DNA from: Lachnospiraceae bacterium | Lineage (GTDB): Bacteria; Bacillota; Clostridia; Lachnospirales; Lachnospiraceae | Direction: 5' to 3' | Length of the DNA stretch: 64,000 nt | Assembly (NCBI GenBank): GCA_030524635.1 | Contig: JAUNGG010000004.1 | Location: 50,077 to 114,076, forward strand | Shown: one piece after another, positions 28,307 through 38,176 of the stretch | How positions within the stretch are numbered: the first letter of the stretch is position 1 | How the letters are laid out: each line of letters opens with the position of its first letter | Notes under the pieces: generated by a model | What the model was told of the DNA's origin: nothing | Database searches by the model: none | What the model saw: only the letters and a program-made list of their open reading frames with translations | Made by a program: the position numbers and the translations under genes

Positions 28307-30505
28307 ATGGGGATTATTTATAATCAGGAGTGTAAAACCATCACATTACATACAAAACACACATCTTACCAGATGCGCATTGGAAATCTGGATTATTTAT
28401 TTCACCTTTACTACGGCCCAACCATTTATGATGCTGACATGACCTATCAGATCATGCAGTATGACCGGGGGTTCTCCGGAAATCCATATGAATCCAGAAA
28501 TGCCCGCACCTTCTCACTGGATGCACAGCCTCAGGAGTTCAGCACCCAGCAGCAGGGCGACTTCCGCACCACCAGCATTGAAGTGATAAACAGTGACGGA
28601 AGCTATTCTTTTAACGGCAGAGCCGTCAGCTATCAGATCACAGAGGGCAAGTACCAGCTGGATACCCTTCCCTGTGTATTTGCAACGGACAAGGACACCG
28701 TCCACAGCCTGGAGGTGACCTTATCGGATGCTGTAAGCAAGGTGGAGGTAACCTTACTTTACAGCGTGTTTGAGGAAGCGGATATCATTACCAGAGCAGT
28801 CAAGGTTAAAAATGCTGGTGATTCTCCTATTCACTTAAAGAAGATCATGTCCGTCTGCCTGGACTTCTTAAACGGAGCAGACATGGACTTAGTCAGCCTT
28901 CCCGGCCGTTATGGTCAGGAGCGCCAGGTAGAGCGCCAGCGGATGACTCACCATATCCACAGCATCGGAAGTGTTCGGGGCGCCTCCAGCCATCAGCAGA
29001 ATCCATTTGTCATCCTGTGTGATAAGAATGCTGGCGAGGATTATGGCAAATGCTACGGCTTCTCTCTGATGTACAGCGGAAACTTCCTGGCGGAGGCAGA
29101 GCTTGACCAGTACGACCAGCTCCGCCTGGTAATGGGCATCAATCCAAAGCAGTTTGTCTATGAGATCCAGCCAGGAGAGGTATTCGAAGGCCCTGAGGTG
29201 GTAATGGCATTCTCCCAGAACGGCTTTACCGGATTATCCCACTTATATCATGACTTTTACCGCAGCAACCTGTGCCGCAGCAAATTCGTAAAGGATGTGC
29301 AGCGCCCGGTTCTGATCAACAGCTGGGAGGCCGCCTTCATGGATTTTGATGATGTGAAGCTGGTGGAGATCGCCAAGGCAGCGAAGAAGATGGGCGTTGA
29401 CCTTCTGGTTATGGATGACGGCTGGTTCGGCAAGCGTGACGATGACAACAGCAGCCTGGGCGACTGGTATGTAAATGAAAATAAGATTAAATGCGGTCTT
29501 CACAAGCTGGTGGAGCAGATTAATGACCTGGGCATGAAGTTTGGTATCTGGTTTGAGCCAGAGATGGTATCTGAGGACAGCGACCTTTACCGTGCACATC
29601 CGGAATGGGCAATGCAGATTCCAGGCCGTCATGCAGTCCGCAGCCGCAACCAGCTGGCGCTGGATATGAGCCGCAGGGATGTGCAGGATTACCTGATCGA
29701 ACGGGTCAATGCCATCCTGGACGATGCCAATATCTACTACGTAAAATGGGACATCAACCGCTCTATCACGGACATCTGGTCTAATAACCTGCCGGCTGAG
29801 AAACAGGGCGAGGTGTACCACCGCTATATCCTGGGCTTGTACCGGGTAATGAATGAGATCATCCTGACCCACCCGGATATCTTATTTGAGGGCTGCAGCG
29901 GCGGCGGCGGACGGTACGATGCCGCCATGCTCCACTATTATCCGCAGTACTGGGTAAGCGACAATAATAACCCTATTGACCGGTTAAAGCTTCACTATGG
30001 CACCTCCTTTGTATATCCTACCTGCACCATGGGCGCACATATCTCCGACAGCGGACGCTTCGTTCCCCTTCGGACTAAGGCTGTTGTGGCCATGTGCGGA
30101 ACCTTCGGCTATGAGCTGGATGCTACTCATCTGAACAAGGAGGAACTTGCCATCTGCAAGGAGCAGAGCCAGCTATTCCGGAAATATTATCACATTACCT
30201 TTCAGGGCGATTTCTACCGTCTGACCAACCCCTTTGAGGTGGGAAATATGACGGCCTGGGAGCATGTGACCAAGGATAAGAAGGAAGCGCTGCTCAGCGT
30301 AGTGGTGACCAATTTAACCTGCAACGGCCCCCAGGAATACATCCGTGCCAAGGGCCTGCAGCCGGATGCCATGTACTCCATCAATGGCAGCAAGGAAACC
30401 TACTCCGGCTCTGCCCTGATGAATGCAGGACTGCCTATCAATCGGGAGGTACCGGAATATTCTGCATTCCAGTTCCACTTAAAGAAAGTACGGAAACAAA
30501 AGTAG
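28307..30505 (+). CDS. Alpha-galactosidase, GH36
   Basis: 732 aa with the GH36 catalytic region (VMDDGWFGKRDDDNSSLGDW, KWDINRS, CSGGGGR) and an AGGAGG RBS. Confidence 0.85.
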   Translation: MGIIYNQECKTITLHTKHTSYQMRIGNLDYLFHLYYGPTIYDADMTYQIMQYDRGFSGNPYESRNARTFSLDAQPQEFSTQQQGDFRTTSIEVINSDGSYSFNGRAVSYQITEGKYQLDTLPCVFATDKDTVHSLEVTLSDAVSKVEVTLLYSVFEEADIITRAVKVKNAGDSPIHLKKIMSVCLDFLNGADMDLVSLPGRYGQERQVERQRMTHHIHSIGSVRGASSHQQNPFVILCDKNAGEDYGKCYGFSLMYSGNFLAEAELDQYDQLRLVMGINPKQFVYEIQPGEVFEGPEVVMAFSQNGFTGLSHLYHDFYRSNLCRSKFVKDVQRPVLINSWEAAFMDFDDVKLVEIAKAAKKMGVDLLVMDDGWFGKRDDDNSSLGDWYVNENKIKCGLHKLVEQINDLGMKFGIWFEPEMVSEDSDLYRAHPEWAMQIPGRHAVRSRNQLALDMSRRDVQDYLIERVNAILDDANIYYVKWDINRSITDIWSNNLPAEKQGEVYHRYILGLYRVMNEIILTHPDILFEGCSGGGGRYDAAMLHYYPQYWVSDNNNPIDRLKLHYGTSFVYPTCTMGAHISDSGRFVPLRTKAVVAMCGTFGYELDATHLNKEELAICKEQSQLFRKYYHITFQGDFYRLTNPFEVGNMTAWEHVTKDKKEALLSVVVTNLTCNGPQEYIRAKGLQPDAMYSINGSKETYSGSALMNAGLPINREVPEYSAFQFHLKKVRKQK

Positions 30506-30510
30506 TTATA

Positions 30511-30552
30511 AGACCCTGGAAAATGCTGCTCCTCACACATTTTCCAGGGTCT
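30511..30552. terminator. Bidirectional rho-independent terminator
   Basis: Perfect 15 bp stem AGACCCTGGAAAATG / CATTTTCCAGGGTCT between convergent genes. Confidence 0.6.
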
Positions 30553-30568
30553 TCCCCTTTACTCTCAG

Positions 30569-31174
30569 TTAAGCTTCCGCCTCTGCCTGCTGCCCGCACT
30601 CCAGCAGCTCATCCAGCTTTTCCTTCTTCCCATATCCCATTACCTGGATATCCGGGAAAAGATACAGATTAGATACCACTACGGCTACCGTCGTATCGTA
30701 TCCGGCCTTCTGAATCTTCTCCATATCAAACCGGATCAGCGGCTGTCCTGCCCTCACATGGTCGCCGGCAGATACCAGACTGGTCATATACTGCCCCTTC
30801 AGTGCCACCGTATTGATTCCAATGTGAATCAACACCTCCACACCGCCGTCATCACTGGTCAGGCCGATGGCGTGATTTGTGTCAAACAGCGCCGACACCT
30901 CCCCATCAAAGGGCGCCACTGCCAGCCCCTCCTCCGGAAGGATGCCTACTCCTGGGCCAAGCATTCCATAAGCCAAGGAGGTATCCGGCACCTGAGCCAG
31001 CGGAATAACTTCTCCCTTGATCGGGCAGCCTACCGGGTAACGCAGGCTTTCTGTACCGCTTGTTTTTGTATGATCGATTTTTGTATTCCTAATTTCCGTC
31101 TGTTTATTTTCCATATTTTTATTCTTCTTTTTCCAACTCATAAGCTTACATTCCATAATGTTACTATCCTCCAT
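30569..31174 (-). CDS. PTS EIIA(Glc)-type domain protein
   Basis: C-terminal EIIA-Glc fold (GVGILPEEG ... DTNHAIG ... VLIHIGINTV). The N-terminus is Lys-rich. The start is uncertain among three ATGs (31174, 31156, 31114). Confidence 0.7.
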   Translation of the reverse strand: MEDSNIMECKLMSWKKKNKNMENKQTEIRNTKIDHTKTSGTESLRYPVGCPIKGEVIPLAQVPDTSLAYGMLGPGVGILPEEGLAVAPFDGEVSALFDTNHAIGLTSDDGGVEVLIHIGINTVALKGQYMTSLVSAGDHVRAGQPLIRFDMEKIQKAGYDTTVAVVVSNLYLFPDIQVMGYGKKEKLDELLECGQQAEAEA

Positions 31175-31426
31175 TTCCTCTTTGCATCAAGCCAATCAAA
31201 AATTTCAGCAATAACCTGCACGGTGGGCAGTATTGTGGTATGTTTCTTTTTATCAGGTTGCGATACATTATACCATAACCCGAAAGAAACTCAATACCCG
31301 AACTGTTGAAAGGCAGGAAGCTTTTGTACGAAAATTTGTGCAAAATCTCCCTGCCCGTTTTCAATTCTATGTCATTATGTTGCTTTTCTTTAGAATCTGT
31401 GACCCTTTTTCTGCTGATGCGCTCTG

Positions 31427-32575
31427 TCAGGCTCTTGTTTCTGCACCGCCTGCTTTCGCCCCTTCAAAGGCCCCTCCGGGAACTCCGGTCAGCTCTGCAA
31501 GCTGCTCCAGAACACCCTTTCCGCCATTTAGGGAAATATTTCCCACCTTGTCGCAGATGCGCTCTAAGTATTCCAGCTCCTTCAGCTTAAACAAGGTCTG
31601 GTTTTCCTCCATCAGCCGCGCTGTGTTTAAAAGGCTTCTGGTAGACGCCACCTCCTCCCGGCGCATGATCACATTGGCCTGCGCCTTCTTCTCGGCAATC
31701 AAAACGGTGTTCATAATATCCCGGATCTCGCCCGGCAGAATGATATCCTTGATACCGCCGTTCATCACCTCCACGCACAGCTCCTGCTGCCGCTCCCGGA
31801 TCTTTTCCAGGATATACCGGCCGATCTCCTCCTTCTGCGCCAGCAGCTCATCCAGCCGGTACCGGCCTACATACTCCCGGATGATCAGCTGGGCACAGGT
31901 ATAGAGCTGGGCAGATGCACCCTCAATCTTCTTCACCAGCTCCTCCGGCTGGGTGATCCGATAGTTGCAGATCACATTCAGCCGCACGCCTACCTTGTCA
32001 GCAGTCAGCACCTCCTGACCGGAAATCTCAAGCTGCTGGATCTTTAAGTTGAAGATCTTGCAGGTAACCTCCCTGCCGTAATTCCAGAAATAGTAGGTCC
32101 CGCTCTCCAGCCGCCCCTCCATCCGGTTGTCGAAATACAGAAAACCCGCTTCACCGTCCTTGATGGTGATCTTCTTATAGTACTTGGCCGGCATCAGATC
32201 CATATACATTCTGGGCAGCGTCTCCTCCATGTAAGGCTTGGTAATATCAATGACCTGAAATGTATTGGTCTCAAATACGTTCCAGAAATAGGTTTCCGCC
32301 ACTGTCAACACCTCCTTGAAGGCGCCGTTTACAAAGCGGATGGCAATGGAGGTGTCCGGCAGCTCCGCTTTTACCACACGAGATGCGAAATCCGGGCACT
32401 TCAGCAGCACCTCGATAGGAATTCCGTTGGTCTTGACCTGACCAGTCATCGGCACAGTCAGCACCTCATAGCCCAATTCCTTAAAATAGGTATATCGTCC
32501 GGCCAGCAAAAGCTTTTGGAACCGGCCGTTCTTTAACAGGAATCCACAATCCTGCTCCTTGATAATAATTCTCAT
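31427..32575 (-). CDS. SPFH (band 7 / stomatin-prohibitin)-domain protein without a TM segment
   Basis: 382 aa with an AAAAGGGGG RBS. The N-terminal ~130 aa show an internal duplicated motif (IIIKEQDCGFLLKNGR / ITIKDGEAGFLYFDNR), followed by an SPFH-like core. Confidence 0.5.
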   Translation of the reverse strand: MRIIIKEQDCGFLLKNGRFQKLLLAGRYTYFKELGYEVLTVPMTGQVKTNGIPIEVLLKCPDFASRVVKAELPDTSIAIRFVNGAFKEVLTVAETYFWNVFETNTFQVIDITKPYMEETLPRMYMDLMPAKYYKKITIKDGEAGFLYFDNRMEGRLESGTYYFWNYGREVTCKIFNLKIQQLEISGQEVLTADKVGVRLNVICNYRITQPEELVKKIEGASAQLYTCAQLIIREYVGRYRLDELLAQKEEIGRYILEKIRERQQELCVEVMNGGIKDIILPGEIRDIMNTVLIAEKKAQANVIMRREEVASTRSLLNTARLMEENQTLFKLKELEYLERICDKVGNISLNGGKGVLEQLAELTGVPGGAFEGAKAGGAETRA

Positions 32576-32879
32576 GATAATTCCCCCTTTTTAACAATCT
32601 CATGTTCCCACTTATAACGATTCTGTACCGTTACCTCTCATTTGCAGAAAAGGTATCGCCCAGCTCTCATCCTAAGGATGGGGGCCGAACCTTAAGCTTC
32701 CCTGATCTCCTGCTTACAGCCACGCCACCCTCTGACCTTGGCATGTCTGATATTGAAGCTTCCGAAAAAGCGGTATCCAGTCCGGCTCAGGCCTCCTTAC
32801 GACTGCCCGAAGGCGGAGAGCTGAGTACTTCCCTTTTCATTGAGTTTGTCTTTGCATTGACGTGCAAACTTGACGATTG

Positions 32880-33000
32880 CTATACCCACTTAGCTACATG
32901 TCCTCACACATGGCAGGATTCGAACCTGCGACAAATCGTTAAATGTGGAATCAGACCCGGTATACCAAACGGCAGCGCCGCCGGCACCCCAAGGGCCGCA
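32880..33000 (-). ncRNA. tRNA-like non-coding element (D-arm-like plus canonical T-arm, no acceptor stem). Possible Y-RNA/YrlA-like RNA or tRNA remnant.
   Basis: The minus strand reads ...GCCGTTTGGTATACCGGG ... GTCGCAGGTTCGAATCCTGCC. This is a perfect tRNA T-arm with no complementary acceptor strands. It sits in a 540 nt ORF-free gap immediately downstream of rtcB. Confidence 0.3.
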
Positions 33001-33114
33001 TCTAAAAAGCATCCCTTAAGCTTAGGAGCCAAATTCCCTGTTTATCGTTTCTAAAATCATTTCATTCTGATTCGTTCTTTATTAATTGATTCGTTCGGAT
33101 GTTTTCCGGCATCA

Positions 33115-34395
33115 TCATCCCTTCACCACGCCTACCGTCTTCAGCCGTTTTACCGGCACTACCAGATCCGATTGATTCTTCATTACTTCCTCGATATCCT
33201 TGTAGGCGAACCGGCTCTCCTCTGCCACATCGGCCTTTCCCTTCTTTCCAAGTACCACGCCCTGGTCTGCCAGGTCACGGATCACCTGCTCACAGGAGAA
33301 GGCCTCCATGGCTCCCTTTCTGGAATACCGTCTTCCGGCTCCGTGGGAGGAGGAGCAAAAGCTTTCTGGATTTCCTTTTCCCATCACCACGTAGCTGTAG
33401 GAACCCATAGCGCCGGGAATCACCGCCAGCTCCCCATTTCCTGCATGGACAGCGCCCTTCCGGTGCACCCACACCTCCCTGCCGTGATGGGTTTCCAGTG
33501 CTGCATAATTATGATGACAATTCATGTCGTGGGAAAATTCCAGGTTTAACTGGGTATATTTTCCGATCCACTTTTCCATGACCGCCTTCACCACCAGCAT
33601 CATCTTCTCCCGGTTTTCTCTGGCAAAATCCATGGAAAGATTCATCCAATTCTGATACTGCTTTCCTTCCGCCGAATCCGCGGAAAGAAATGCCAGCCGG
33701 TACTCATCCGGAACCTGGCTGTACCATCTGCGGTTTAACTCTCTGGCCTTATTATGAAAGTAATCACACACCGTCTTTCCAAAATGACGGCTGCCGGAGT
33801 GAAGCATCACAGCCAGGTATCCCTGATCATCCACCTGAAGCTCGATAAAATGATTTCCGCCTCCCAGCGTTCCGATCTGGAAATATCCTGCCTCCAGCTG
33901 GCCTAACAGCTCTCCGTCCTCCTCATACCGCTCCATCTCATCAAAGGCCCGGTCTAAGGTATAGCAGGGCATCACAGTCTTGTGATGAGCAAAGCCTACC
34001 GGAATATTCCGCATGATATCTCCTATCATCGCCTGGATCAGCGTCCCATTGCCGGTCATTACCTCCTGGATCTCCTCCAGGCGAATATTGGTCTCCGTGT
34101 AGGCCATGCCGCAGCCGATATCCACTCCTACTGCATTGGGAATGATCACACCTTCTGTGGCGATCACACCGCCGATGGGCATTCCCATCCCGGCATGGGT
34201 ATCCGGCATCAGACAGACCGGGCCAGCTAAAAATGGAAGCTCTGAAAGGTGGTATGCCTGTTCCAGGCAGCTTCCCTCCAAATCCTTTTCATTCTGCAGC
34301 CAAACCTTGATTGGGACCTTCATTTTGTCCTTATCGTATAATACAAACATACCCTCACATCCTTTCCTCTTCATTTCGTATGTTTCACTCAACAT
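33115..34395 (-). CDS. rtcB: RNA-splicing ligase RtcB
   Basis: Hallmark motifs MPDTHAGMGMPIGG, GGNHFIE, HNYA, HRKGA and SHGAGR. The start is uncertain among M1, M8 and M16 (34350). Confidence 0.85.
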   Translation of the reverse strand: MLSETYEMKRKGCEGMFVLYDKDKMKVPIKVWLQNEKDLEGSCLEQAYHLSELPFLAGPVCLMPDTHAGMGMPIGGVIATEGVIIPNAVGVDIGCGMAYTETNIRLEEIQEVMTGNGTLIQAMIGDIMRNIPVGFAHHKTVMPCYTLDRAFDEMERYEEDGELLGQLEAGYFQIGTLGGGNHFIELQVDDQGYLAVMLHSGSRHFGKTVCDYFHNKARELNRRWYSQVPDEYRLAFLSADSAEGKQYQNWMNLSMDFARENREKMMLVVKAVMEKWIGKYTQLNLEFSHDMNCHHNYAALETHHGREVWVHRKGAVHAGNGELAVIPGAMGSYSYVVMGKGNPESFCSSSHGAGRRYSRKGAMEAFSCEQVIRDLADQGVVLGKKGKADVAEESRFAYKDIEEVMKNQSDLVVPVKRLKTVGVVKG

Positions 34396-34636
34396 CCTGC
34401 TTTCTGCTTCCTGCCTGCAGGCTCTGTTGTTTCCTTACGTCCATATCTTAACAAAACTGGGAACAGGAATCATTTTAAAAAAGTTGCGAACCTGCAAAAA
34501 CCAGAGAAAAGCTTTTCCCAATTTCCCAGCAATCAGAATTTATTTGACGAATGTTTTTTTAAAGATATAATAGGTATAAGGTTATCATCACAATCATACA
34601 CGTTGCCCCATTCACAGGAGGATCATCAAATACTCT

Positions 34637-36627
34637 ATGTCAGAATTTCAGGAATTAATCAAAAACTTCGACCGGATCCGGGATTATATGCGCCAATTCT
34701 TCGTCTACGGCTACAAAAGCCGCAGCGACTATGAAGGAAAAAGCGCCCGGACCTATGATAATGAGCGAAGGCGGATCGAAAGCTGGCTGTCCGGCTGCAT
34801 CCAGTCCGGCTACACCCAGAAGGAAAAGCATGTCTATATCAGTGTGGACAGCAAGACTATCCCGCAAAACCCGCTCTATGCCGCCTGGAAATCCAAAAGC
34901 TTTACGGATAATGACATCCTTCTCCACTTTTTCCTCCCGGATCTTTTGTGGGAACGTCCGGAAGGAATGACTTCCGGAGAATTATGCGATGCTATATCTG
35001 CAGAATATGGCATGGTATTTGACAGCCAGACGGTCCGGCTGAAGCTGAAGGAATATGAGCGCCTTGGATTTCTGGAATCCCAAAAGCAGGGAAAACGGCT
35101 GTGCTACCGGCTGCAGCCTGCGTCATTTGGACCAGCCTGGCAGAGCCTTCTCACTGCCGTCACCTACTTTCAGGAGGCTGCTCCCTTCGGCTTTATCGGC
35201 AGCACCATTTTGGATCATGAAAATCAGGAAAATCAGTGGTTTTCCTTTAAGCATCATTTTCTTGTACATACCCTGGAGGACGGTGTGCTGGCTGACGTTC
35301 TTGCCGCCATGAAGGAGCACCGCAGCATTGCCTTTGAAAATAAAAGCAGCCGCAGCGGAGCCACCACCAGCATGAGAGGGTTTCCCTTAAAGATCTTTGT
35401 CAGCACCCAGACCGGGCGGCGCTACCTCTGCCTGTATCTGGAGGAACGGCGGCGCTTTACCAATGTCCGCCTGGATGCCATGGCAAAGGTGACGCCCCTG
35501 GATGTCTGCAGCAGCTATGACCGCAGGCAGCAGCTTCTTTCAAAGAACCTGGCAGCCGATCAGACTGTCAGACCGCCGGTCAGCCAGCTGCCGGCGCCGC
35601 GCCCTCCCGGGAAAGCGCCTGCCTGCCGCCCCAGGAGCTGTTCGATAAAATATACGGCTGCTACTACCAGGCAGTGCGCCGGATTCTTTTGGAAGCAGCA
35701 GCGGAGCCTGTTTCTAAAAACCGGATTCGTGAGCTTTCCATGAAGTACGGCTACTTGGAAAGCTGCCTGACTATTGTGCCCAAGCTGACGGAAGGGGGCT
35801 GGCCCCTCCTGAAGGAGACCGATTCCCGTTACCGATCTGTGCTCCTCCACCCGGAGCTTCTTCTCCCTGGACACCTGCCCCTCACCCTGCTTCAGAAATC
35901 CTGGCTGAAAGCCCTCCTTTTTGACCGGCGGATCCGGCTTTTCATAACAGCAGAGCAGCTTGACCAGCTGAACTGCTGGCTTTCCGATACAGAGCCTTTA
36001 TACTGCCAGGAGGATTTTTACTACTTTGATCAGTATCTGGATGGTGATGATTATACTTCTTCCTCTTATCAGGATCACTTCCAGACCATTCTGCGGGGAC
36101 TGACGGAAAAAAGAGCTCTGATCCTTGTCTACGAAAACCGCCGGGGCCAGTGCAGCACGTTAGAAGCGGCTCCCTACCAGCTCCAGTATTCCTCTAAGGA
36201 TGACAAGTTCCGGCTATGCTGTCTGAAATATTCCAGACACGGCTTCAGCCAGAATACCATCCTTAACCTGAGCCGGATCAAGGCCTGCCATCTGTCCCAC
36301 CAAGCAGTTCCTGAGAATCTCCGGCACCAGGCCTTCCGTCCTATTCACCCCGCTTCCCAGCCTGTGGTCATCCGGATCAGCGGAGAACGAAATTCCCTGG
36401 AACGCTGTATGCTCCATTTCGCCAACTACGAAAAGCATACCCGATACGAGGAAGAGACTAAAACCTGGCTCTGCTCCATCTACTATGACCTGGCTGATGA
36501 GACGGAGCTGCTGATCGAGCTGCTGTCCTTCGGCCCGGTGATCCAGGTCTTAGGACCGGAAAGCTTCCTGTGCCAGATCCGCTGCCGGGTACAGAAGCAG
36601 CATGAATTATTTTACAGGGCGGTGTGA
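34637..36627 (+). pseudogene. Tandem WYL-domain regulator (wHTH-WYL ... wHTH-WYL-WCX), apparently disrupted by a frameshift near 35520-35620
   Basis: Two overlapping ORFs (34637..35743, frame 2; 35674..36627, frame 1). Protein-like sequence continues across the junction only with a frame switch. The first half has a GRRYLCLY WYL-like motif. The second half has FRLCCLKY ... and a C-terminal LLIELLSFGPVIQVLGPESF WCX-like tail. Confidence 0.5.
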
Positions 36628-36676
36628 TCTTCACCGCCCTGCTGACTGTTTTCCTATTAGTGCCCTTTTATACTCA

Positions 36677-37498
36677 TCACGCCTCGTCCATCTCAACCTC
36701 CCGGAACCCGCCTCCCGGCTTCAGCACCGTAAGCCGCGTAAAGCCGCATTCTGCTGCCAGCTTCCGCGCCTGGTCAAACTGAAATCCAATGGTGTTAACA
36801 TTGTGGCTGTCGGAATTAATCATGATCCGGCCGCCCATGGCATGGAGCTCCTTTAAAAGAAACCTGGATGGATAAGGCTCCTTCCGATAGCCTCTGGAAA
36901 TTGCACCGGTATTGATCTCAAAGGGCAGCCCTGCATCATTCAGCTTCCGCATGGCAGCCAGCGCCGGTTCCCGGTACTCATCTTTTGTCTCATCAAAATG
37001 GCGAAAACCCTCATTCCACTTGGTAAGCAGGTCGAAATGACCCACCCAGTCACATCCGGTCCGATCAAAAACCGTGGCTTCCAGCTCATAGTAATCTTTG
37101 GCAAAGGCATACCAGTCTTCCTTCCACAGCCGCTGAACCGCGCTGACCAGCTTTTCTTCCGTATCATCCACGATAACAAATTCTCCATCCTTCTCCAGAC
37201 AATGGGTAGAGCCAATGGCATACTCTGCCCTCTGAACCGGTCCCAGACAATCCAGCTCGATCCCAATATACAGATTCATCTTCCCGGCATATTCCTCCCG
37301 GAGCAGGCTGATTTCGCGCTGATAAGCCGCTAATGCCTGATCTGACATTCCAAAGCCCGGTTCTACATTGGAAAAATCGGCATGACCGGACAGTCCAAAA
37401 TCAGTAAAACCCATCCGGTACGCTGCCTCCACCATTTCCCTGGGCGTATTTTTCCCATCACAATATGTGGTGTGGGTATGAAAATCTGCTTTTATCAT
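36677..37498 (-). CDS. hisK: PHP-family histidinol-phosphatase (HisJ/HisK type)
   Basis: N-terminal DFHTHTTYCDGK metal site and C-terminal INSDSH site. Confidence 0.75.
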   Translation of the reverse strand: MIKADFHTHTTYCDGKNTPREMVEAAYRMGFTDFGLSGHADFSNVEPGFGMSDQALAAYQREISLLREEYAGKMNLYIGIELDCLGPVQRAEYAIGSTHCLEKDGEFVIVDDTEEKLVSAVQRLWKEDWYAFAKDYYELEATVFDRTGCDWVGHFDLLTKWNEGFRHFDETKDEYREPALAAMRKLNDAGLPFEINTGAISRGYRKEPYPSRFLLKELHAMGGRIMINSDSHNVNTIGFQFDQARKLAAECGFTRLTVLKPGGGFREVEMDEA

Positions 37499-37656
37499 AA
37501 TTACGATCCTTCCTCTTTTCTTCCTACAATTCTTTCTCTACTGTATCCAATTTGCCGCGTGCTGTCAAGCAGACTTGCTTCTCCCAGCTAAGTCGTTACT
37601 GTTCACGTGCGTTCACAGCAACCAGCAAAAACCTGTGTAAATTTACCGCAAACCTC

Positions 37657-37685
37657 TTGATTTTTTCCTCATTTTATGCTATGAT
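37657..37685 (+). promoter_or_regulatory. Sigma-A-type promoter for the tRNA-Tyr/tRNA-Leu pair
   Basis: TTGATT, a 17 nt spacer, then TATGAT, about 35 nt upstream of tRNA-Tyr. Confidence 0.45.
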
Positions 37686-37720
37686 AATCACTGCTTGTCA
37701 AGGACAAGCGCCAATGATAT

Positions 37721-37802
37721 GGGTGGATTCCCGAGTGGCCAAAGGGGACAGACTGTAAATCTGCTGCGATTCGCTTCGGTGGTTCGAATCCACCTCCGCC
37801 CA
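37721..37802 (+). tRNA. tRNA-Tyr(GUA)
   Basis: Anticodon loop ACTGTAAAT, long variable arm, acceptor GGGTGGA/TCCGCCC with one G-U pair, T-arm GGTTCGAATCC. Confidence 0.85.
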
Positions 37803-37864
37803 TTTCCTTCATCGGATTTTTCGTGAAGGAGTTGCATGAAAAGCGAAAGCTTTTATGCAGGCCA

Positions 37865-37950
37865 GCCGGCGTGGCGGAACTGGCAGACGCACAGGACTTA
37901 AAATCCTGCGGGACTTACCTCCCGTACCGGTTCGATTCCGGTCGCCGGCA
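37865..37950 (+). tRNA. tRNA-Leu(UAA)
   Basis: Acceptor GCCGGCG/CGCCGGC, anticodon stem-loop CAGGA-CTTAAAA-TCCTG, long variable arm, T-arm GGTTCGATTCC. Confidence 0.85.
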
Positions 37951-37954
37951 TCAG

Positions 37955-37992
37955 AATGCTGTTAGATCATAAGATCTGACAGCATTTTTTAT
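37955..37992 (+). terminator. Rho-independent terminator after the tRNA pair
   Basis: 14 bp stem AATGCTGTTAGATC/GATCTGACAGCATT followed by TTTTTTATT. Confidence 0.6.
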
Positions 37993-38176
37993 TGCATAAA
38001 TGTTATGCTGCCAGGGTCAATAAAAAGAGACCTTCTCAAACCTTCCGCCGATCCAAAGCGCACGATGAAACAGTGCCATGGCTTCGTCTGCTTAAGAAAC
38101 GTCTCTTTTCTATACGCTTTCGTACTGCTGCTGCATATTCTTTCGCGCAATGCAAACCCTGTGTTTGCTTCTTCCT

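Noticed and set aside
32602-33054. 150 aa plus-strand ORF in the rtcB downstream gap
   Set aside because: No RBS, a composition unlike a protein, and it overlaps the tRNA-like element. It is treated as non-coding.
32576-33114. Considered whether the ORF-free gap downstream of rtcB is tmRNA or RNase P RNA
   Set aside because: No GGGG...GGATTCGAC tmRNA 5' end or ALAA-type tag frame was found. The RNase P conserved blocks (GGAAAGUCC..., GUGAAANGGUGCGGUAAGAGCGCACC, ACAGAACC) were also not found. Only a tRNA-like D/T module is evident.
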